A DNA stretch of 64,000 nt. Source: Tubulanus polymorphus. Taxonomy: Eukaryota; Animalia; Nemertea. Under the pieces are notes generated by a model, which was not told where the DNA came from, did no database searches, and saw nothing but the letters and a program-made list of their open reading frames with translations. Positions 53,801 through 64,000 of the stretch are shown piece after piece. The DNA lies in NCBI RefSeq assembly GCF_964204645.1, contig NC_134030.1, positions 10,809,947 to 10,873,946 on the forward strand. Reading direction: 5' to 3'. Each line of letters starts with the position of its first letter. Within the stretch, counting starts at the first letter, position 1. The position numbers and the translations under genes were made by a program.

Positions 53801-54496
53801 GGAAGGATCGGTATGTGTAGTCAATGGCGGCGTGTGCCTCCTTGATACCAGTCATGTTACAGTTACAGGATATACTCGTTAAGCATTCAGTTGGTAGCTT
53901 GTCAAATCTGTTGTAGGATGTCAAATCCTTTTTTTCCTGAGCCATAACCATCCTCGCTTCCCAGGGTTTGATTGACTCCACCGAAGCTCACGCCAACATA
54001 TACCCTGGCTGTAGACTCTTCATTGGTCTATTACACCGTCTAAGATTTCTTGGGCAGGCAGGTTGCTGCTTAGTGGCCACCAGTCTATATATCTAACCAA
54101 TCAGATAGGTGGTATTGATAGAGTGAACCTGCCAGTTAAAAACAACATATCTGATTAGCTTAATACAGAGACTGGTGGCCGCTGTCATGAGCTGTCTTGG
54201 GTAGTCTAATAGGATAACCTTAACTTGCATATGTTGGATGAGTAGAAAACTGGGATAGATGCTTTTCAAGTTGGATGACAATGTCTGGTCCCATTTTGGT
54301 TTCCTTTACTATATTTGAATAACAAATCCACCGATCAACAACCTACTTTATCAAAGTTTAGGCTACTCATACGTACATTTTATAAATGAACCGCTTGTGG
54401 AAATTACCGAGATAAAATCTTTACATTTCAGAATACCAGGGGAGCTGTGATGAACCCATGGAAATGAAATTCAAACTCAAATTGTCATCTCTATGA
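50857..54496 (+). CDS. LACTB2: metallo-beta-lactamase-fold endoribonuclease; exons 50857-50984, 51468-51631, 51713-51833, 52167-52269, 53000-53224, 53729-53810, 54432-54496
   Basis: RILGCNPG...[23 protein letters not shown] (HxHxDH), [36 protein letters not shown]; phases consistent; last exon less certain. Confidence 0.93.
50995..51337. mobile_element. MITE with long imperfect TIRs in LACTB2 intron 1
   Basis: CAGGGATTTTGAACC...TGCCACACTAGACC / GGTCTAGTGTGGCA...GGTTCAAATCCCTG. Confidence 0.7.
52420..52764. mobile_element. piggyBac-like MITE family B, copy 2
   Basis: TTAA-CCCTTTCAGTGC ... GAAAGGG-TTTA; internal ~45-bp duplication. Confidence 0.75.
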
Positions 54497-54522
54497 TCAC
54501 GCACATTTAATTGTTACGTCAA

Positions 54523-54689
54523 GGGGTCATTCATTTATTACGTACGCATTAGGGGAGGGGGAGGGGTCAGTGGAATTTGCGTACTGTAATGCTTAATGTA
54601 TATGAAAAAAATGGCCGATTTTGCATACAGAGGGGGAGGGGGGGTTGAAAAATTCAAATTTTATGCGTACGTAATAAATGAATGATCCC
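54523..54689. mobile_element. short Harbinger-like MITE just after the LACTB2 stop
   Basis: GGGGTCATTCATTTATTACGTACGCA ... TGCGTACGTAATAAATGAATGATCCC, with CAA on both sides. Confidence 0.8.
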
Positions 54690-55964
54690 CAACATATAGG
54701 GGTATATATTTCTTCACGATTAGGTGATTTTCTTTAAGCCTTAAAGTTTTTTAGGGTTACTTTACTGCTTGAAGACATTGCCATGAGGGTAATGCTATAG
54801 TTATGTATTGATTCAAACTTAGTTCATTACACAAATGTATGCAAATACTGCCACACAATATTACAGTGGAACCTCGTTATAACGAACTTGGATACAACGA
54901 TTCATCGGATACAACAAATATAGAATTTTGTCCCAAGTAAGAAAATGTAATTGATTTCATACTGGATATAACGAACTCTCGGATTTCTCGTCCCTTGAAC
55001 GTGGTTCCACTGAAATACTATTCTGAACGGATGAAGTAATTGTATTACGGTATACGGTAACTATAGATGGTGGCTGCTTCGGGACATAGCATCCCTCCTT
55101 CATTTGTCAAATAGCTGACGTGAAGACGATGAAACGCCAGCAGACCGACCTTACGAGCTAGAGTCAATATCTACAAAGAATTTCTAATCACTTCAAACGA
55201 GAAAACGTATTGACGATCGCATCAAAACGAGCGATATCCGGCTCGGTATTTTTAAAACGAAGATTTATGCGGATAAACTGATATCCATAGAACATTCGGC
55301 ATTGTTTCTGGCGTTTTATCGCGGTTGTTTGTATATATGTCAGGAGTTATAAAAAGATTGAAATTTGTATATTCTGAACTAGAGCCAAGTGGCCTTTTTG
55401 AGATGATCGAGTTTTGTAATACACAAATATGAAAAAGATTTAAGCAGAATGTGTTATTATGAATTATCTGCGTACATTATATGTGATAGCCAATGTCTTA
55501 CGGTCGTCCTTGTTGATTTTTTATACGATGTTGGATCTAGACCCGGTGGTCTTATCTCCAGCGGTCAGATCTAGATGATGTTATATCGCTGTTAGAAAAG
55601 CTACGGAAATAGATATATCGAATTATTGAATAAAACAATTGTAATGACATTGCTGGTGTTTATTTTGCGAATATGCACTCCCGCATTGAGGGGCTAATTT
55701 TGAAGAACCTAGCCCTAAAGGGCACTCGGATGTCCGAAAAGGCAATATTAAAAGTACTCCCGCACTGAAATGCACCAATATCTTTGGTGGCTAAAAGGGC
55801 ACTCAAAACAATTTGACGGACTGGTACAGATCTCATATGTCCCCCTCGATCAGTCCCTGAATTATCATTGATCATCGAACGCGTGATAGAAACGTCTGTC
55901 TCGTTCCGTGTGTTCAAGCTGATGGTCAGAAAATCCAAACGTACAGGGATCCACAATCCCGTAG

Positions 55965-56746
55965 CGGTACTCGAAAAACGCCTAATGAAATACACCGAAT
56001 CGGAAAACGCATAACGCCTAATTCCTAGAAAATGACCTAATTTCGTAATTGCAAAATCTACTGAGACTCACAATCCAACTCATCAACGGAACAGTTTGAA
56101 AATACATGTCTTTTACGCTTCACGAAACGAGACTACTACTCTTATAAACTTCATTATAGGATGATGATAGAATTTCCGCAGTGCAAGCAATTAATTAAAT
56201 AACGCCATAGAAGTGTAAACTGAAACAGTTTACACTTCTATGATAACGCGAAAACAAACGCCGCGGTTATAAACCGGCTTTCTTGAATTTTGAAACCGGA
56301 ATGCATAAATATGGTACAACCTACGCTCGTAGGTACAACGCACACAAAGATTGATAAAATAGCCTTTCTCAAAATTATCCTCCAAAACTGTTCACAACCA
56401 CGCTAATGTGAACCTACCGAACCAATGAGAGACTAAATAATGTCCAGCCCCTGAACTTCCTTGAACAAAAAATTATAAACTATATGTTCGATATTAAAAA
56501 TATGATGTCTTTTATTATCATAATACTCCGTCTTGATATGAAATAATAACACAGATAAGCCTGTGTAACCAAATACAGTAGAAACGAAGATGGAACAGGC
56601 GGCGCTCCACGCACTCCGACGTGAACTATGTAGCGTTGCGTACATAGTTCACGTAGGGATTTAGGTCAATTTCTTGGATGTTACTTGAATTAGGCGTTAT
56701 GCGTTTTCCGATTCGGTGTTTTTCATTAGGCGTTTTTCGAATACCG
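55965..56746. mobile_element. non-autonomous Mutator-like element (9-bp TSD ATCCCGTAG, ~60-bp TIRs)
   Basis: CGGTA.TCGAAAAACGCCTAATGAAA.ACACCGAATCGGAAAACGCATAACGCCTAATTC at both ends; ATCCCGTAG at 55956-55964 and 56747-56755. Confidence 0.9.
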
Positions 56747-59700
56747 ATCCCGTAGCCAGCCATTCTTTGGGAGGGTTCGATTTTCGTGAAAAGTAGTGGA
56801 ACTTTTTTTAGAATGTAGGAACTGTTTGTTATGTGCCCACGCAAATGTCGTATCCGTGGGGTACTTGCGCTGAAGATTTTTGCAAATCACAGATGTAGAT
56901 GCGAAGAGGAGCAATTTCACAACTTCTAGCACATTTGGGCTGAAGATTGTGGTTCATTTTCCCGTCGATTTGGAGTTCAATCATGTGAGTTTGGAAACAC
57001 ATTTCGCACTTTTTGAACAAAAACGAATGAAAAAGTGTTACCGATGAATCTTTTGAAATTGATGCTCCCAATTATCTTAAGTCCGGCATTTGGGCGAAAC
57101 CTCGTCAGTGAGCGGGTTATCTTTTTAAAAATTAGAACTGGAATGTTTTTGAACAGTGAACTTATTTAAACTTGTGGTACCGGTATATTTCATTTTACGA
57201 TGCGACAAAGTTTTAGAATTTATCGACTTTTTATTTATGATATATTTCTAAATTCGAGAACTGAATATTGTTTGAAGAATCAAATAGGGTTCGTAGTTGA
57301 GACTATGGTCTGGTAAAAGGCCGACAGGTTTTTATTTATACTTTCTTTAAAAAAAATAGAAATACAAAGCCTTTTTCAAAATTGCAAAAGTAACGGGGGC
57401 GACTATTTTTCATTTTTGAATGTGGGAATTTAGGCAATAACGACCTTGAATCAGGATCAGCACTTCCTTAGTGTTACTCACTTGCCACAGTAACAATGGG
57501 TAGTTGACCGTGATGAAAAACATTAAAAAAATGTTATCAGGTTGTTTATCGGGAAGCGTGCGGGAGTGTTTTACTTTTAAAAAAAGAAACGAAAACAGAT
57601 CTCTGGATGCGGGATGCGAGTTTTTTTATTTTTATCTTTTATCGATGAACTTTCTTTTGACGCGCGCGGAAAATGAAACCGATACAAGCGATTTCTTTTT
57701 TTCGTGCGACTTTTTTTCTTATACCTTGGGCGAGTATAGAGCAACGATATAGAAAAACCGTCGGATACGAACCTTCTATTTCACTGGATTTGAACTCAGA
57801 GGAGTTTCCCTCTGATAGCGATCAGGGCACGTACACGCGTTGGTGCAAGCGTTTCACGTCGAATGTCCGTTGCGTGGTTTGTGCTAATCACGCCGGACGT
57901 CAATGGACTAGCGCAAACTGATTACTCGGACGTATACGAAATCGGACGTTTAATTAGTTTTTACCATTTTTACGGCAATTGAGATGCTTGATGAAATAGG
58001 TAGGTGTTGATTCAAATTATATCAAGACAAGTAGCTAGTACAACATGCTTATTTTTTGACTTGATAAATCGCTTTATTCGTAAATACTTGTACATGGGTA
58101 AAACAGAGAAATAAAAATGTACAATAACGTGCGTATTCATGTACAAATATACCTATAATTCAAAACTTTGACGAGAAAAAACACAGCCCAGAAGGATATA
58201 TTGGGGTGATAAATTAGTAGTTTGCATAGAGGGAGGGAAGCCAGAGTTCAGGGCAGTGGCTGAAGTTAGTAAATAACCTACGTAGATGCTTACGTCGCAC
58301 ATAAGACACTGAATAGAAGATAGGTGAAAGTGACGTGAGTATCTGCGTAGGGTTGCTGGTTATAGCGGCCGCCTTGAGCTCTGGTATGGCTAGGAAGTAA
58401 ACAAGTATAATAAACTCGTGACGTATAACATATGTAGAAGTATACGTCACGAATAACATGAAATAAGATAAAAAGAGAGGGTCAGCACAGTGAGGGGGAG
58501 AGAGATGCTAGAGTGGCGGAGAAGCCTAAAAATACGAGCTGTAGGAAGGAATAAGAATTGTGCGGGAAAATAAAGAAAGAACGTAGACCCACGAGAAGAG
58601 TTGTTATTATTCCGGAGTCAGAGGGATATCACTTATCGGATTAATCGGAACCAACAACGACAACACGAGGGGAGAACGCAACGTGGCCCCCACAACAATT
58701 GGTTGAGAAACTCAACCCCACAACAGATACTACGTTTGATTTACATAGTTTAGCAGAGCATTTGGTCGGGAGAATTTCACTATGAGTTGAGGGATAGCTG
58801 TTGAATAAAAACTTTTTCTAAATGTTCTATATGGTACGGAAGAGCGTTGCGGCGACATGAACAATTTTTTGAAGTAGAAATTTCGAGTTTTAAACTCGAA
58901 ATTGCGACTTTTAATCTCGAAATTTCTACTTTCGCTAAATCCCTTACTATGGCGTAGAGATACAGCTCGAACTTCGTTAGTACGATGTCTGTGGGAAAAT
59001 GAAAATCATCGTACAAACTATATAACCGAATATCGTATTAACAATTTGATAAAAAACATTTTCACAATTACCTTAACATAATAAATACTACAGTGGCACC
59101 TCGTTTTAACGAACTCGGATACAGCGATTCAACGGATATAACAAATATAGAATTTTGTTCCAAGTAACACAATTTCACCAATTTCACACTGGATATGATA
59201 TAACGAACTATCGGTTATAAAGAGCATATTTTCTGGTCCCGTGAAGTTCGCGGTAACGAGGTAAGCACCCCATAAAGAAGTTTATTGCACGTGTGGTCAG
59301 CGCCACCAAATAATAGATAGCCTAGGCGACGCATAGATAATGCCGATGAATCGAACTAAAAGTAGAAACTCATTATGGGCCACTGCACTAAGCGTGTTTA
59401 TTTACAAAGAAATATTAGGAAATCGTAACATGTGACATCGTATTGCCGGTAGCTTCGTCGTGGTCGTACTGAGCAAATATTTTTATAGGGAAAAGCTATA
59501 AAAATAAAAAGCCGTGAATTCTTCAATGCATCGTATTACTGAGGTTTTCGTTGTAAAGCCGAATCAAGCTAATGAGGATCGACTGCTTTTACTGTCTAAA
59601 TCATACCTTCCATAAGATCCAATTAATATTACTTCCATGATCGTTCATCTTCCTAGTTTTTCATCGACAGTGAACAACTGTACGGTAGCGTTAATACATT

Positions 59701-62700
59701 GTTTTGTAACATTGTAGACAGAATTCCCGAATACAACCAGTTTTTCATAACTTGGCAGGGCTGAGCATAGCATTTGAATTTTACGGGGCAGAGAACCAGT
59801 TCTATAGGATATGACATCTACATTTGCAATGGGTAATTTTCCAAAATGTTTGGGTGAAACTGCCCCCCGCCCCTAGGTACGGCCCAGCTTGGTATGCGGT
59901 TTGTAGATGGGAGGAGGATGTGCCTTATTTTTAACATTTGTAGGATATCCTAGGACGCCGAAGTCATATCTGTGTGTGAAAGATATTATGAAAGCATGCC
60001 TGACTATTGACTGATCTTCTGCGTTTGTATTAGGTTGGGATGGAAGGAGAAGATGAGCCGAATGTAGGTAAAATTCCCGCGGTAAAAATCTCACTAGGTA
60101 AAAATCCAACCAGGTAAAAATCCCCCCCCCCCAGGAAGTATCCCCTAGGTATAAAAATCCTCACAAGTTTAATTTCACAGCACAATTCCTCCTAAATCCA
60201 CATTTGCAACCGGTAATGTTAATCTTGAAAATGGTCGCTAAGCAGCCTTACTAGTATCAATACAGTACACTGACCAGAGGTATTAGGCTGCTAAATTGCT
60301 CGGCATTCAATGAATTATTGAGTAGTAAATTACGATTGGATCGGTTTATCGATGCCATCCGAAAAACTATGACATTATAGGGGTCGCGTTCCTAAAACCA
60401 TGGACGTATAAACTAGATAAACTACTAACCTAGTCGTCCATGCTATACGTCCATGCTAAAACCACACTCCGCTTATCATGATTATTACACTTAATCCTTC
60501 AAAGTAGAATCATTGACGTATTAACTCTAGTTAATACGTCCATGGTAATCCACTCACTAATGATTATCGGTCTATTCAAGTTTGATATATGCGTACAACC
60601 AATTAATCTAGTTTGATGAAAACTGTATTTGGGGCGGGATGTTGCTTAGGGGTACATCTACACGTAGAGGATTTTCACCAGGGCAATGATTTGTGGTTAT
60701 TTTCATGTCTCTGCGGGTACCTACTATGCAAACCGCGCTGATATGCGATGTGTGATAAATAAATGCGTAACCCCCTATATACCGCCCACATCGGTGCAGA
60801 ACGATTTTGGCGGTATAGAGAGTATGTCGGTGTATCGGGGGTGTTTAACTGTGTATTTGTAGTAATATGTACATCGAGGAAACCTGACGGTAAGCTGGGG
60901 TGGTGGCATATGGGAGGGTCGTATATCGATGGTTGACTGTATATCGTAACTATTTCAGTTAATCAACTAGTATATTGTCCATATATTTCAGGTAGAAAAT
61001 TGCACGTGCGTGGCGAAAAAATGTTGGTCTTGATATGTATAAAGATTCTTCTATTCAAGACTGGATTTTGTAAGTTCTCAAATTTTCGGTAAATTGAAAT
61101 AATGTCACAGGAAAGAAATTTCCAAAAGTAGGAAAAATGTCCCACTAGTATCATTATTTTGTTTTCGCCACACAATCATCAACAGTTTTCTGACAGTTTA
61201 CAAATAACCTATTTAGCGAACGAACCCCCTAGAACTTTCAAATTGTCAAACATAGCGTAAAAATATTTTGGATAAAGATTTTTCGACATTTGGATACAAT
61301 TTTCATGCTTTTTTGGAAAATATAAAGTAATCCATTCTCAAATGATTGATTCATTTAGATACCCGGGCACTTCATACTAATGATCTATCCTTTTACACTA
61401 GGGAAATGCCCATTTACGAGTAGGAATAGTGTCCCTTTTCTTGAAATGGAACTGCCACCCAAAATAGCTCAGCACAGGCGTGTACTGTGAAGAATTAACG
61501 TATCTAAATTAGAACGGACCAAATCAGAGTGCGCGTTCTCTTTTAACTGTTTTGAAAATGTCCTGGAATTCACCGTAGATCGTTGTATATAGCTAGTAAT
61601 CTATGGAACGCCATCCTAGCAAAAACTCTGTATTGAATTTTTACAACGTATTCGCAATCGTACAACAGACTCATAATCAAGTTAGTGTTGTATCATAGGA
61701 AAAATTTATATTTTTTGATATAATAAACTATTAATAATAAGTTGAGGGGTTCTATGTGAGTCGATGTGCACTACGTCATCAATATTGGCGTAATTAATCA
61801 ATTCCTTAATATCTGCTTCAAGGCGATCGATTTCGGTATCGGGCTGTTACTGACATAGATAATTCGCAACGAGTATCCGAAAACAACGGGTCAAAATCGT
61901 CCACTCGAAAGTTATTGAATAATTCATACTAGTCCCTAGTACCGATGGCGTTTAACGTCTATTAACGTCTTTGCAAGTTAGCTTTCCAGGGGTCACTTCC
62001 ACACCTGTTTAGAATCAATAAATCACGACACATTTCGATAAGGCGATTACCGGTATCTTTGGAATTTCGTGGTTGAATTAATTCGCGGTTTTGCGGCGGC
62101 GCTTCTATTACATAATCACTATGCACAAGTCTGGCAAATTTGATATTTTAGGCGTTGCTATCGCCCAGCAAGCAGACCTCCTTATTCGAGCAACGAAAAC
62201 CGATAATGTCTGCCAAGATATCACAGAAGAGCTCAATTCTGGAATAAGGTGGTTGTTCGCGGGGAATGTACATTCAACCTCCAAGATTCAACCAAATACT
62301 ATAGATATACTTCTCGTTGTTGATTACTGATTTCGGAACATTTATCCAGACACAAGTTGAGCTGCTAGTATCAATAATTTATCGCACAGATCCTGCCGTA
62401 AATTATTGCAGTCCCGCCAGATCTTCTATTCGCGAGCATGTCTGTTTTAGAAAAATATCTCATAACCGGGAAGAAAATATTCAAAGTCGTCGGGGTTGTC
62501 ACATTCCGTTTCTTGGACGGCAACGATATCAAATCTCCTGATTAACTCGAGAAACTCTGGACGGCAATTCTGTAGTTTGCTTCGTAACCCACACATATTG
62601 ATAATAGCGATTTTGATTTCATGGCAATAGATTTATTTTTCGGGGAACTTTGTTTTCCAAAATTGGTAGTGAGACTTCGGCCATTTTTCGAGTTAGTTAT

Positions 62701-63565
62701 AGAGGTGGCACCACCGTGCCATATAGCTAGGGCGGTGACAATCCGTTACAACGGACGGGTTTGCGTTGCCACATTGCAGTAACCGGTGGTTTCACGAAAA
62801 AGGTTAATATTCTGCTTCTGGGTCGCACATTTTACTGTATTCCCGGGTATGAGCGCACTTGTAGCGTTCGTGCCCTGAAGGCCTAACTTCAATCTTCGGA
62901 CGTAGCACTTACTCTATCCGCAGGTCGACCAAAGTCTGCGCAACAGAAAATTCACTTCAGCGCCACCTGGTGTACGATGATGGCATAACTTCGAAAATCG
63001 ACTCAAACTATAGGAAATTCAACGCTTAACTCAAGATTCAACACTAGATTAACTGTTGAAAAATGCATTTTTTATATACTTCAAAAGTAACTTTTTATAA
63101 TATTGTGAGTACGTTGTTGAAACACGATATAGAGTTTTTTTCTGGTGTTCCATAGTAATCGAAAGTAAATGTTTTCTTAGTAAATTACAGCCAGTGACTC
63201 ATAATCTATCAATAAGTTACGCATTTTATTTTTGGTAAAATACTCAGTGATAATTATTCGTAGAAATTTAGAACGGTCTAAATTAGTGACATAGCGTGAA
63301 GGACAACGATTTAATATCCATCTTCAATTGCGATAATGGTATTATTTGATGACTTCACATATAAGAGCACAATTCACTTTCCCGTGGGAAATTTCAATAT
63401 CGCTTCCTATCGTCATTAGTTTTTGACTCAGTTGTCGTTGTTACACGGAATCATTGATATCACGTACGTAGTCCAATCATTGATAATTATCAACACTAAT
63501 TTGTCTAATCGTCGATCGTCGCACCAAAATAAAAATTGTCTACGAGTCGAGTGTTTACTGTGATA

Positions 63566-63805
63566 CCATGCTATAACATGCCATGCTATAACATGCCATG
63601 CTATAACGTGCCATGCTATAACATGGCATGCTATAACATGCCATAACATGCCATGCCATAACATGCCATACCATACCATAACATAACATGCCATACCATA
63701 CCATAACATAACATAACATAACATAACATAACATAACATAACATAACATAACATAACATAACATAACATAACATAACATAACATAACATAACATAACATA
63801 ACATA
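63566..63805. repeat. compound pentamer satellite: (CATGC-CATGC-TATAA) grading into (CATAA)n
   Basis: Direct inspection. Confidence 0.95.
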
Positions 63806-64000
63806 GTGAGGTAGGCACTGAATGTGCCCTTTAAGTGTTCCTTTCTTATGAGGGTGCTGTCATGAGATTAATTTCTACAATTTTTCTTAGTGTATTGGCA
63901 GTTTTCTTTTTTAATTTCGTAGTCAAATTTTTATTATTATTATTATTATTATTTTATTTTTCCATTTTGAATTATAATAATCGTACAAAGTAATACAAAT

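Noticed and set aside
55000-63400. Short ORFs in the right-hand region
   Set aside because: No recognisable domains or consistent exon chain; small exons of an unrecognised gene cannot be excluded.
63428-63818. MLCYV-repeat ORFs
   Set aside because: Translation of the (CATAA)n microsatellite.

Overview
Metazoan (invertebrate-like) genomic DNA with two compartments. (1) 1-25837 is a very AT-rich, decayed endogenous Polinton/Maverick (adintovirus-like) virus. It encodes an HNH-like nuclease, an rve integrase with chromodomain, a packaging ATPase, major and minor capsid proteins, a coiled-coil membrane protein, several small ORFs and a protein-primed PolB with an endonuclease-VII-like insert. 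A 7,269-bp part (9172-16440) is duplicated in inverted orientation (18569-25837) around about 2 kb of host-type spacer, and both copies share the inactivating lesions I checked. The element terminus is a 269-bp fold-back palindrome (18470-18738). (2) 25838-64000 is host DNA with a single-coding-exon MS4A/CD20-like gene, UBA52 (ubiquitin-RPL40), PPM1K and LACTB2 (head-to-head), many MITEs and simple repeats. The most notable observations are: a GC-rich palindromic mini-element sitting in frame inside two viral proteins; a poxvirus-late-like TAAATG start motif on most viral genes; the fold-back terminus; and a duplicated UBA52 promoter/first exon in front of the MS4A-like ORF, split by a 1.9-kb TAA-TSD transposon. 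All family assignments come from motif recognition by eye; no searches were run.
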